A stretch of 64,000 bases of DNA, taken from Veleropilina oligotropha. Its lineage: Eukaryota. Under the pieces are notes generated by a model, which made no database searches, was not told the DNA's origin, and saw nothing but the letters and a program-made list of their open reading frames with translations. Within the stretch, counting starts at the first letter, position 1. Each line of letters begins with the position of its first letter. The stretch is from NCBI GenBank assembly GCA_048128005.1, contig JBEUKZ010000054.1:372001-436000 (forward strand). Direction: 5' to 3'. The translations under genes were made by a program, and so were the position numbers. Shown in pieces: positions 10,648 through 21,033 of the stretch.

Positions 10648-12897
10648 ATGGTCCGGTGCAGTAGCTCCGGGTGTAACCAGAAAATTCACGCATTTGATAG
10701 GCACAAGGAATGTTGTAAACACCGTAGCTGTAGTATACATCATCAATGTGATCTGTGCTTTCTTCTATCAGATAAGCAGTGGGCAACCCTGTCTCACCAC
10801 GGTAAGTCGACCAGGGCGACTGCCACGGTGGGTCCTCCCCCGGAGAAGGGTCAGGAAGAGACCGGTAAGTTACCTAACGTTTCTTATTTGTCTACTTCAG
10901 GGACGCTGGACGACAGCCGACAAAAGGGGACGTCTGTCGCCGCATCCACCGGCGAAACCTCCGCGACTCTTGGGAGAGTCACCGAAACCTTGCCGGTACC
11001 CCAGATTCAGGTAAAGACCCGAGTGTCGACCGTTCCTCCACAACTGGGCCTAGTAACTGCAGTCAGCCATACCTTGCCGGCTAGCAAGGTATACATGACA
11101 GCGCAGCGAACAGCTGAACAGGGCAGACCATCCCCATCCTTTTCTTCGGCCTCGAAGAATAAGGGGACAGTTAGTCCTTCTGCGGGAAACTCACCGTCTT
11201 CCTACGGTGACAGACCCAATGCAGAGAAAGCCTTTAAAGAGGCCGGGCACCTACTTGTAGGTCTAAGACTCGGACAATCGGCGAAACCTGAATCCTCGGT
11301 CGAGAACGATGCGACTTCCCCTAGGGGTTTTCCGCTCAACCTCGAAGCTCACGAGACATTCAGAGGGCCCGGTCTCTCCCGTGCACCCACCGTGGTCACG
11401 CTAGAGAACGTGGACAGACCGGCTGCGTTCGGGACGGGGTTCTACGGCGGTTTTCCGTCCGTGCCTCGCTCGAACAGAGTGGTAGACCGATCAGAACTGT
11501 TGCCGCAGTCCTATCGGTCGTCCGGCCCACTGACTGCGCCTCCGGGCCAGTCCTTCGGGTTCGACCCCTCGACAAGTGCCCGTGGACCCTGGTCCTCGGT
11601 TCGACCTGTCAATGCAGCCCGTCTACCTAGCGCCACGGTTACCTCGACAGAACTACCGGCTGTTAGTTCGTCGCCCGTCCTGCCTCCGGGTTTCTCTTTT
11701 GAGAACGTCCAGGCATGGATCGCGGCGGGGATCGAGGAACGGTGTAAGGCCTGGCCGACGGCTCCCGAGCCGCACCTGGTACCTACACTTCTGCCCATGG
11801 CGCAGAGCACGGCTCCTGCCTCAGTGATAGACATCGACCCTCGTTCCGACGAGGATCTCTGTTCAAATCACACCGACCTCCCTGAATCGGTCGGGTCCGA
11901 AGACATTAGTCTTACAGGCACGCAGGAGCCGACCTCCTCCACCCGCCGAAGGCTCGACGCTGTTGCGTCACTTCGCGGGGTGCTTGGCTTGTCGGAACCG
12001 ACTCGGTCGGCTGTAGACGTAGCCAAGCATAGGACGGCAGCACATCGGTTTGTTGCGAGGGAAGCCCCCGAGCTCCCCTCCTTACCTCAGTCCGGGCTGG
12101 TGGATCTTGTTGTAGACTCGATCACCAAGCTCGTTCAGGGGCGCAATCCGGTGGAGTCCTCCCCGCTGAACGAGTTCCCTTCGGGGTTCCGTAGTGGGAG
12201 GTACCTCCGGGCCAGTACTCGAGCGATCCCGTTCGAATGCACTGGCCCGTGCCTGGCGACTGAGCCGGCTCGTGTTGACGCTTCGTTGCGTCGACTGACC
12301 GCCAGTCACCCTCCCTCCGTAGCGAAAGTTCCTTGGTCCGCCTTGGAAGCTTTCGAGAGCTCCGCCCGACGGGCTCTGCGGCTATCGTCCGTTCAGGATT
12401 TTTTCCTAGACGGGGCGATAGCCGTATTACAGGAGAATGGACCCGGCGCCACCGAGGCTGCCCTGTCCTTCCTCCAGGAGGTTGCTGCCGCGCAGGAGAC
12501 CAGCGCGTTGGAGACGGGACGTGTCCTGGGCAATGCCCTCCTACTTCGTAGGGATGCTTGCCTGGAAGGTACCTCGCTGGACGAGCCCACCCGGCGCTCG
12601 TTGCGATGCGTACCTTGCTCGGCCACCACTCTCTTTGGTGACAACTTCACGGAGTTTGTTGACAAGAGAGCGGCGGACATTAAGGACCGTGCCATCGAGA
12701 AGGCAGTACTGCTCCCCACCCGGGGTCCACCTGCTAACTCGAAGAAGCGCTCCGGGCCCACCCCGGCCCCGAAGCCTTCTAAGCGTGCGAAGCCCTCTTC
12801 GGGTGGTAGGCCTCCGGCCAATAAACCCACTCCAAAGAGGCGAGCACCTCCAGCGAAATCCCGCAAGCAGAGCGGGATAGGGAAGCCTCGGCCCTAG
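10648..12897 (+). CDS. gag: DIRS Gag (copy C), 749 aa
   Basis: First ATG of the 10543-12897 ORF; Cys/His cluster, low-complexity middle, helical LLLRRDACL region typical of DIRS ORF1. Confidence 0.85.
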   Translation: MVRCSSSGCNQKIHAFDRHKECCKHRSCSIHHQCDLCFLLSDKQWATLSHHGKSTRATATVGPPPEKGQEETGKLPNVSYLSTSGTLDDSRQKGTSVAASTGETSATLGRVTETLPVPQIQVKTRVSTVPPQLGLVTAVSHTLPASKVYMTAQRTAEQGRPSPSFSSASKNKGTVSPSAGNSPSSYGDRPNAEKAFKEAGHLLVGLRLGQSAKPESSVENDATSPRGFPLNLEAHETFRGPGLSRAPTVVTLENVDRPAAFGTGFYGGFPSVPRSNRVVDRSELLPQSYRSSGPLTAPPGQSFGFDPSTSARGPWSSVRPVNAARLPSATVTSTELPAVSSSPVLPPGFSFENVQAWIAAGIEERCKAWPTAPEPHLVPTLLPMAQSTAPASVIDIDPRSDEDLCSNHTDLPESVGSEDISLTGTQEPTSSTRRRLDAVASLRGVLGLSEPTRSAVDVAKHRTAAHRFVAREAPELPSLPQSGLVDLVVDSITKLVQGRNPVESSPLNEFPSGFRSGRYLRASTRAIPFECTGPCLATEPARVDASLRRLTASHPPSVAKVPWSALEAFESSARRALRLSSVQDFFLDGAIAVLQENGPGATEAALSFLQEVAAAQETSALETGRVLGNALLLRRDACLEGTSLDEPTRRSLRCVPCSATTLFGDNFTEFVDKRAADIKDRAIEKAVLLPTRGPPANSKKRSGPTPAPKPSKRAKPSSGGRPPANKPTPKRRAPPAKSRKQSGIGKPRP

Positions 12898-12924
12898 GGC
12901 TGCCGGCATTCGCGACGGCCCCAG

Positions 12925-15882
12925 TTGCCCGCTCCCGCCGGTGGGAGCGTGCCTGTTAGCACACAGCCAGCCCTGGCTAGAGCTGACAGACAGCAACTGG
13001 GTCCACTTAGTCGTGAGTGCCGGATACAAGTTGGCATTCAACCGGCATCCGACCTTAACCGAGGCACCACCAACAAGACACGCTCGCCTCCTAAACGGAG
13101 AGAAACAAGCGGTCTTAGACCAGGCAGTGCGGGATTTGCTCCTAAAAAGAGCGATATATCCCGCGCCGCCCAGCACACCAGGATTTTACAGCCATTTCTT
13201 CCTGGTCCCGAAACCCGATGGCCGCTGGAGACCGATCCTCGATCTCTCGTACCTAAACCTATATCTTCGTACCGAGAAATTCCAGCAAGAAACCCTCTCG
13301 AAGATTCGAGCGGCCATCCGTCCGGGCGACTGGGCAGCGTCTATCGATCTCGCCGACGCGTATCTGCATGTCCCGATGCATATCACGGCTCATCAGTACC
13401 TTCGGTTTATACACGGGGAGACGATCTACCAATTCAGGTGCCTACCGTTCGGTCTATCGTCAGCCCCGTACGTCTTCACGAGAACAGTACAGGCCCTGGG
13501 GGCCTTCCTACACTCTCTAGGGCACAGGGTACATATGTACCTCGACGACTGGCTGATCCTCGGGGCGTCCCGAGATCTGTGCCTCCGGTCTACGAGCTTT
13601 ACCCTGTCATCGACGAAGCGCCTGGGATTTCAGATCAACGAGACAAAATCCTGCTTCGTGCCCTCGACGACGTTTACGTTCCTCGGAGTCGACTTCGATA
13701 CGGTCCGGTACACCGCGAAGCCGACCCAGAAGCGTATGCGGAACCTACGCGCGGTTATCCAAGACACCCTGTCATCGGACATAACTACGGCGCGACAACT
13801 GGCCACTGTCCTGGGGCACATCGAGTCGGTAGCGCCCCTGCTACCGACGGGTCGCATGGACAAAAGACCGTTACAACAGGCTTTCAGGGATCGCTGGATA
13901 CAACGGACGGGGCAGTGGAAGGATCGCATCGATCTACGGCATTGGTTTACCGACACGACAGCAGTGTGGTTGAACCCCGCTTTGCCGGACCAGTCGGTTC
14001 CTATATCCCCACCAGAGCCGAACGCTTACCTGTTCACAGACGCTTCGAACGACGGCTGGGGTGGTCACCTCGACAGTTACGAGACATCAGGCCTATGGCC
14101 GACAGACCTTCAGGGACGACATATCAACTTCCTAGAGTTAGAAGCCGTCTACCTGTCAGTACGGTCCCTCTCGTCACATCTCCGCAACAAGCATATAATG
14201 CTCGCCACGGACAACACGACTGTCGTCGCTTACATACAGCACCAGGGCGGTACACGCTCGCGTCCCCTATGCGACCGAGCAATAGACCTACACCGCTTAG
14301 TGATGTCCCTCAACTCGACGATTCGAGCCCGACACATCCCGGGAAAGCTGAATGTCAGAGCGGATTCGCTCTCTCGGAGATCACAGATTATACACACAGA
14401 GTGGACGCTACACAGCCGAGTAGCTCGGGATGTTTGCCGCCGGTGGTCGCAACCCCAAGTCGACTTGTTTGCAACAGAATTCAATTACCGACTACCTCTG
14501 TATGTCTCCCCGTACCCAGACCCGGCCGCCCTGGCGGTCGACGCAATGTCAATGACATGGGAGAATCTGTCCGCGTATGCCTTCCCCCCGACGTGCATTC
14601 TATCACTGGTATTACAGAAGGCAGCGACCGAACGTTGCGAGATAACGCTAATAGCGCCCCTTTATCGCACGCAACCTTGGTTTCCGACCCTCCTCGATCT
14701 GATCGTCGATCGACCGTTAGCGTTACCGCAGAAACTAGACCTGTTAATGCAACCACGCACCCGTGTACTCCACGAGTCGCCGAACCACTTACGTTTACAC
14801 GCCTGGCGGTTATCGAACGATCCCTTGCTAAGAAAGGATTTTCTAAAGCTACAGCCTTACGTATCTATCGATCGAGAAGGATTTCCACTACAAAAGTCTA
14901 TGACTACCGATGGGTTAAGTACGTGGATTGGTGTCACAGCAGGCAGATCAATATACTCCGTCCCCCTGTGAACAAGTTTATCGAGTTTTTATCGTCGCTC
15001 TTCGACCGCGGTATGTCAGTGTCCGCCGTCAAAGGCTATCGGGCAACGATCGCGACCACGCTAAAGCAGTGTCGTGCCCATGCTGGCCTATCAAGCGACC
15101 GAACGATATCAGATTTTATACGATCTTATGAACTCGAGATACCGACCCGAAGAATTAAGCCACCTGCCTGGAATATCGTACTTATTCTTAACGCATTACT
15201 CTTACCCCCGTATGAGCCGATGTCCGAGATAACCATGAGGAACTTGACGCACAAAACAGTTTTTCTGATCGCCTTAGCGTCGGGCAGGCGTTGTTCCGAG
15301 ATTCATGCTTTCTCCTCCGAGCTAAGAGACATACGATTCCAGTCAGACGGGTCAGTGATACTGCGTCCCATTCTGGGCTTCTTAGCCAAGAACCAGCGGC
15401 CGAACGAGGACGCACCCGATGTTGTTATTCCCAAGCTAACGCTAGTCGGAAGGCGCGACGCAGACCGCTTCAATTGCCCGGTCCGGGCGCTTCGATTCTA
15501 CCTAGACAGAACCCGTGAGTTGCGACAGGGAAAATTACGTTTATTCATATCGTATTTGCCCACCTACACCCGCGACGTTACGAGGACTACTGTTTCGCGG
15601 TGGATTTCACAAACTGTGAGAGATGTTTACATCCGTTGTGATGACGACGACCGAACTATTTTATCGGTCCGCGCACATGAGGTCCGGGCCATTGCAGCGT
15701 CTGTAGCCTTCCGCCATAATCTAAATATCAATGCGTTACTACAGGCCGGATATTGGAAAAACGCTAACGTGTTTGTCAAACATTATCTGCGCGACTACTC
15801 AACCGGGGCTGATGGCCTAAGCAGTTTGCACTGTGTTGCTGCACAACGGGTCATTGTTAGACCGAGGTCTTCTAATCAGTAA
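12925..15882 (+). CDS. DIRS tyrosine recombinase ORF (copy C); recognisable domains about 14810-15882, long N-terminal part overlaps pol
   Basis: SAM-like N-domain (STTKVYDYRWVKYVDWC), LASGRRCSEI, CPVRAL, AHEVRAIAAS, AGYWKNANVFVKHY giving R..HxxR..W..Y catalytic residues. Confidence 0.93.
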   Translation: MPAPAGGSVPVSTQPALARADRQQLGPLSRECRIQVGIQPASDLNRGTTNKTRSPPKRRETSGLRPGSAGFAPKKSDISRAAQHTRILQPFLPGPETRWPLETDPRSLVPKPISSYREIPARNPLEDSSGHPSGRLGSVYRSRRRVSACPDAYHGSSVPSVYTRGDDLPIQVPTVRSIVSPVRLHENSTGPGGLPTLSRAQGTYVPRRLADPRGVPRSVPPVYELYPVIDEAPGISDQRDKILLRALDDVYVPRSRLRYGPVHREADPEAYAEPTRGYPRHPVIGHNYGATTGHCPGAHRVGSAPATDGSHGQKTVTTGFQGSLDTTDGAVEGSHRSTALVYRHDSSVVEPRFAGPVGSYIPTRAERLPVHRRFERRLGWSPRQLRDIRPMADRPSGTTYQLPRVRSRLPVSTVPLVTSPQQAYNARHGQHDCRRLHTAPGRYTLASPMRPSNRPTPLSDVPQLDDSSPTHPGKAECQSGFALSEITDYTHRVDATQPSSSGCLPPVVATPSRLVCNRIQLPTTSVCLPVPRPGRPGGRRNVNDMGESVRVCLPPDVHSITGITEGSDRTLRDNANSAPLSHATLVSDPPRSDRRSTVSVTAETRPVNATTHPCTPRVAEPLTFTRLAVIERSLAKKGFSKATALRIYRSRRISTTKVYDYRWVKYVDWCHSRQINILRPPVNKFIEFLSSLFDRGMSVSAVKGYRATIATTLKQCRAHAGLSSDRTISDFIRSYELEIPTRRIKPPAWNIVLILNALLLPPYEPMSEITMRNLTHKTVFLIALASGRRCSEIHAFSSELRDIRFQSDGSVILRPILGFLAKNQRPNEDAPDVVIPKLTLVGRRDADRFNCPVRALRFYLDRTRELRQGKLRLFISYLPTYTRDVTRTTVSRWISQTVRDVYIRCDDDDRTILSVRAHEVRAIAASVAFRHNLNINALLQAGYWKNANVFVKHYLRDYSTGADGLSSLHCVAAQRVIVRPRSSNQ
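12941..14971 (+). CDS. pol: DIRS Pol: reverse transcriptase, RNase H and methyltransferase-like domain (copy C); frame open from 12881
   Basis: FLVPKPDGRWRPILDL, IDLADAYLH, LPFGLSSAP, YLDDWL (RT); FTDAS..GWG, INFLELEA, TDNTT, HIPGKLNVRADSLSR (RNase H); DLFA...AYAFPP (MT). Confidence 0.95.
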   Translation: MGACLLAHSQPWLELTDSNWVHLVVSAGYKLAFNRHPTLTEAPPTRHARLLNGEKQAVLDQAVRDLLLKRAIYPAPPSTPGFYSHFFLVPKPDGRWRPILDLSYLNLYLRTEKFQQETLSKIRAAIRPGDWAASIDLADAYLHVPMHITAHQYLRFIHGETIYQFRCLPFGLSSAPYVFTRTVQALGAFLHSLGHRVHMYLDDWLILGASRDLCLRSTSFTLSSTKRLGFQINETKSCFVPSTTFTFLGVDFDTVRYTAKPTQKRMRNLRAVIQDTLSSDITTARQLATVLGHIESVAPLLPTGRMDKRPLQQAFRDRWIQRTGQWKDRIDLRHWFTDTTAVWLNPALPDQSVPISPPEPNAYLFTDASNDGWGGHLDSYETSGLWPTDLQGRHINFLELEAVYLSVRSLSSHLRNKHIMLATDNTTVVAYIQHQGGTRSRPLCDRAIDLHRLVMSLNSTIRARHIPGKLNVRADSLSRRSQIIHTEWTLHSRVARDVCRRWSQPQVDLFATEFNYRLPLYVSPYPDPAALAVDAMSMTWENLSAYAFPPTCILSLVLQKAATERCEITLIAPLYRTQPWFPTLLDLIVDRPLALPQKLDLLMQPRTRVLHESPNHLRLHAWRLSNDPLLRKDFLKLQPYVSIDREGFPLQKSMTTDGLSTWIGVTAGRSIYSVPL

Positions 15883-16721
15883 GTAGCCTATTGTTCTCTG
15901 ATTGATCATTTGCATATTTACTGACGCCATTTTATTTTCGTTGGCCAAACGGTGCTATGTAATTAACACCTATGGGGCAGTTCAATGTCTGTTCATTTCT
16001 TAAATCTAATTTAAGATTTTGTACTTCTCATGTCAGACTGAGTGTTGACATAAGCCAGATCACATTGAATTTAATAAAACAACTTTGATAATTTTGCACA
16101 AATCTTAAAAAGATTAGGGTTCAATATTATTATGTTCTTTGCTGTAATCGAACATACGATGTTCAATACATTTAAAATGTTGATTCCTTAACATTTATTT
16201 TTAAGTAACATGTCGAACATTTTTGCTTCCTTAAAATTTATTTTAAGTGACATGTCGTCCATGTTAGCGTTCGCAAGTTGGTCATGCGAACTACTTATTA
16301 ATATCGATTATTATATAATCTATTAATTCTTTGCTTTTGATTTTAAAGCTTTCACAACCTGTTAGGTTCCGTGTGCTTACAAATCCGACTGCATCCTCTG
16401 GCTACCGGCCTATAGGCCCGGAGTCCCATTTGGCTGCCACTGGTCCATGACACGTAAGACCTACAGGGATTTATCCTTCCGGCCGTGCCAGGGGCTGATT
16501 GCACTTCCGTTCACCTCGTCCGACTAACACCACGGCGTATCCTCCCGGTAACACTGGTCGAAATTCTCGCCTGGTAAGAGTAGAATATAATACTCAGTAA
16601 AAATTCCACTCTAGGCGGACACACTCGACGCTTCATGCTGATCGAATTGGTGAAAAAGTAAGTCATTATCTTGTTTGGGTTTGTTGTAAGGAACGTCTTA
16701 CCCACCTATCCAAGGTTATTC

Positions 16722-16812
16722 TGGCAAGAGTAAGGACGTAAGTATGTTTGTAACTATATATGAGGTTTTAATGTAAACCTAATATTAGTATAAAACATAC
16801 TTACGTCCTTAC
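16722..16812. repeat. Internal complementary region (ICR) of copy C
   Basis: Its reverse complement equals the element 3' end joined to the element 5' end (...ACCTCA/TATATAGTTAC...), i.e. the circle junction. Confidence 0.93.
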
Positions 16813-16872
16813 ACGATTACCCACCCTGCGTTTCGCATTCCTCCCCTCTACTACGTTCCTTTGTGGTTTTTG

Positions 16873-17111
16873 AACTTTGAATTGATGTCATGTGACTTCT
16901 ATTGTTCAGAAGTCTCACGAGACTTGGCGAAGTCTCGCTAGGGAACGTGGGGGGTAGGAGCAGGGGAGGTAACCGTGTGCTTTTTTGGCTTATAACGGTG
17001 CATTATGGGACATATTCACCATTTCCGGTTTGGGCGATAATATGCTATTATGGCAAGAGTAAGGACGTAAGTATGTTTTATACTAATATTAGGTTTACAT
17101 TAAAACCTCAT
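16873..17111. repeat. Right ITR plus 33-bp right extension of copy C
   Basis: Inverted match to 9655-9860; the extension is complementary to the ICR right half. Confidence 0.92.
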
Positions 17112-19759
17112 TTTACAGCCATTTCTTCCTGGTCCCGAAACCCGATGGCCGCTGGAGACCGATCCTCGATCTCTCGTACCTAAACCTATATCTTCGTACC
17201 GAGAAATTCCAGCAAGAAACCCTCTCGAAGATTCGAGCGGCCATCCGTCCGGGCGACTGGGCAGCGTCTATCGATCTCGCCGACGCGTATCTGCATGTCC
17301 CGATGCATATCACGGCTCATCAGTACCTTCGGTTTATACACGGGGAGACGATCTACCAATTCAGGTGCCAGTACAGGCCCTGGGGGCCTTCCTACACTCT
17401 CTAGGGCACAGGGTACATATGTACCTCGACGACTGGCTGATCCTCGGGGCGTCCCGAGATCTGTGCCTCCGGTCTACGAGCTTTACCCTGTCATCGACGA
17501 AGCGCCTGGGATTTCAGATCAACGAGACAAAATCCTGCTTCGTGCCCTCGACGACGTTTACGTTCCTCGGAGTCGACTTCGATACGGTCCGGTACACCGC
17601 GAAGCCGACCCAGAAGCGTATGCGGAACCTACGCGCGGTTATCCAAGACACCCTGTCATCGGACATAACTACGGCGCGACAACTGGCCACTGTCCTGGGG
17701 CACATCGAGTCGGTAGCGCCCCTGCTACCGACGGGTCGCATGGACAAAAGACCGTTACAACAGGCTTTCAGGGATCGCTGGATACAACGGACGGGGCAGT
17801 GGAAGGATCGCATCGATCTACGGCATTGGTTTACCGACACGACAGCAGTGTGGTTGAACCCCGCTTTGCCGGACCAGTCGGTTCCTATATCCCCACCAGA
17901 GCCGAACGCTTACCTGTTCACAGACGCTTCGAACGACGGCTGGGGTGGTCACCTCGACAGTTACGAGACATCAGGCCTATGGCCGACAGACCTTCAGGGA
18001 CGACATATCAACTTCCTAGAGTTAGAAGCCGTCTACCTGTCAGTACGGTCCCTCTCGTCACATCTCCGCAACAAGCATATAATGCTCGCCACGGACAACA
18101 CGACTGTCGTCGCTTACATACAGCACCAGGGCGGTACACGCTCGCGTCCCCTATGCGACCGAGCAATAGACCTACACCGCTTAGTGATGTCCCTCAACTC
18201 GACGATTCGAGCCCGACACATCCCGGGAAAGCTGAATGTCAGAGCGGATTCGCTCTCTCGGAGATCACAGATTATACACACAGAGTGGACGCTACACAGC
18301 CGAGTAGCTCGGGATGTTTGCCGCCGGTGGTCGCAACCCCAAGTCGACTTGTTTGCAACAGAATTCAATTACCGACTACCTCTGTATGTCTCCCCGTACC
18401 CAGACCCGGCCGCCCTGGCGGTCGACGCAATGTCAATGACATGGGAGAATCTGTCCGCGTATGCCTTCCCCCCGACGTGCATTCTATCACTGGTATTACA
18501 GAAGGCAGCGACCGAACGTTGCGAGATAACGCTAATAGCGCCCCTTTATCGCACGCAACCTTGGTTTCCGACCCTCCTCGATCTGATCGTCGATCGACCG
18601 TTAGCGTTACCGCAGAAACTAGACCTGTTAATGCAACCACGCACCCGTGTACTCCACGAGTCGCCGAACCACTTACGTTTACACGCCTGGCGGTTATCGA
18701 ACGATCCCTTGCTAAGAAAGGATTTTCTAAAGCTACAGCCTTACGTATCTATCGATCGAGAAGGATTTCCACTACAAAAGTCTATGACTACCGATGGGTT
18801 AAGTACGTGGATTGGTGTCACAGCAGGCAGATCAATATACTCCGTCCCCCTGTGAACAAGTTTATCGAGTTTTTATCGTCGCTCTTCGACCGCGGTATGT
18901 CAGTGTCCGCCGTCAAAGGCTATCGGGCAACGATCGCGACCACGCTAAAGCAGTGTCGTGCCCATGCTGGCCTATCAAGCGACCGAACGATATCAGATTT
19001 TATACGATCTTCGAGATACCGACCCGAAGAATTAAGCCACCTGCCTGGAATATCGTACTTATTCTTAACGCATTACTCTTACCCCCGTATGAGCCGATGT
19101 CCGAGATAACCATGAGGAACTTGACGCACAAAACAGTTTTTCTGATCGCCTTAGCGTCGGGCAGGCGTTGTTCCGAGATTCATGCTTTCTCCTCCGAGCT
19201 AAGAGACATACGATTCCAGTCAGACGGGTCAGTGATACTGCGTCCCATTCTGGGCTTCTTAGCCAAGAACCAGCGGCCGAACGAGGACGCACCCGATGTT
19301 GTTATTCCCAAGCTAACGCTAGTCGGAAGGCGCGACGCAGACCGCTTCAATTGCCCGGTCCGGGCGCTTCGATTCTACCTAGACAGAACCCGTGAGTTGC
19401 GACAGGGAAAATTACGTTTATTCATATCGTATTTGCCCACCTACACCCGCGACATTACGAGGACTACTGTTTCGCGGTGGATTTCACAAACTGTGAGAGA
19501 TGTTTACATCCGTTGTGATGACGACGACCGAACTATTTTATCGGTCCGCGCACATGAGGTCCGGGCCATTGCAGCGTCTGTAGCCTTCCGCCATAATCTA
19601 AATATCAATGCGTTACTACAGGCCGGATATTGGAAAAACGCTAACGTGTTTGTCAAACATTATCTGCGCGACTACTCAACCGGGGCTGATGGCCTAAGCA
19701 GTTTGCACTGTGTTGCTGCTCAACGGGTTATTGTTAGACCGAGGTCTTCTAATCAGTAA
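17112..19759 (+). pseudogene. Copy B pol/YR remainder, frameshifted
   Basis: Relative to C: a 43-bp deletion near 17369 removes LPFGLSSAP and a 7-bp deletion near 19010 frameshifts YR. Confidence 0.9.
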
Positions 19760-21033
19760 GTAGCCTATTGTTCTCTGATTGATCATTTGCATATTTACTG
19801 ACGCCATTTTATTTTCGTTGGCCAAACGGTGCTATGTAATTAACACCTATGGGGCAGTTCAATGTCTGTTCATTTCTTAAATCTAATTTAAGATTTTGTA
19901 CTTCTCATGTCAGACTGAGTGTTGACATAAGCCAGATCACATTGAATTTAATAAAACAACTTTGATAATTTTGCACAAATCTTAAAAAGATTAGGGTTCA
20001 ATATTATTATGTTCTTTGCTGTAATCGAACATACGATGTTCAATACATTTAAAATGTTGATTCCTTAACATTTATTTTTAAGTAACATGTCGAACATTTT
20101 TGCTTCCTTAAAATTTATTTTAAGTGACATGTCGTCCATGTTAGCGTTCGCAAGTTGGTCATGCGAACTACTTATTAATATCGATTATTATATAATCTAT
20201 TAATTCTTTGCTTTTGATTTTAAAGCTTTCACAACCTGTTAGGTTCCGTGTGCTTACAAATCCGACTGCATCCTCTGGCTACCGGCCTATAGGCCCGGAG
20301 TCCCATTTGGCTGCCACTGGTCCATGACACGTAAGACCTACAGGGATTTATCCTTCCGGCCGTGCCAGGGGCTGATTGCACTTCCGTTCACCTCGTCCGA
20401 CTAACACCACGGCGTATCCTCCCGGTAACACTGGTCGAAATTCTCGCCTGGTAAGAGTAGAATATAATACTCAGTAAAAATTCCACTCTAGGCGGACACA
20501 CTCGACGCTTCATGCTGATCGAATTGGTGAAAAAGTAAGTCATTATCTTGTTTGGGTTTGTTGTAAGGAACGTCTTACCCACCTATCCAAGGTTATTCTG
20601 GCAAGAGTAAGGACGTAAGTATGTTTGTAACTATATATGAGGTTTTAATGTAAACCTAATATTAGTATAAAACATACTTACGTCCTTACACGATTACCCA
20701 CCCTGCGTTTCGCATTCCTCCCCTCTACTACGTTCCTTTGTGGTTTTTGAACTTTGAATTGATGTCATGTGACTTCTATTGTTCAGAAGTCTCACGAGAC
20801 TTGGCGAAGTCTCGCTAGGGAACGTGGGGGGTAGGAGCAGGGGAGGTAACCGTGTGCTTTTTTGGCTTATAACGGTGCATTATGGGACATATTCACCATT
20901 TCCGGTTTGGGCGATAATATGCTATTATGGCAAGAGTAAGGACGTAAGTATGTTTTATACTAATATTAGGTTTACATTAAAACCTCATTTATCTACCCCG
21001 TCTACCCACGTCCACCCTCCCGTGTATTTAGCT

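Larger units (their letters stand above)
9643..17111 (+). mobile_element. DIRS1-type retrotransposon copy C (innermost, full length about 7.47 kb, intact)
   Basis: Left ITR, gag, RT/RH/MT, YR, ICR and right ITR all present with open frames. Confidence 0.96.
6101..20988 (+). mobile_element. DIRS1-type retrotransposon copy B (inside A, interrupted by C, defective)
   Basis: Removing it restores A sequence ATATACCT-AT-TTATCTAC; removing C restores B pol CCAGG-AT-TTTACAGCC. Confidence 0.93.

Noticed and set aside
16470..16575. HDV-like or hammerhead ribozyme in the DIRS 3' UTR
   Set aside because: Only partial motifs (CCTCG, CTGAT..GAAA); spacing does not fit either core by eye
20779..21033. 832-aa extended Gag
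   Set aside because: Chimera of the copy B right ITR fused in frame to the copy A leader
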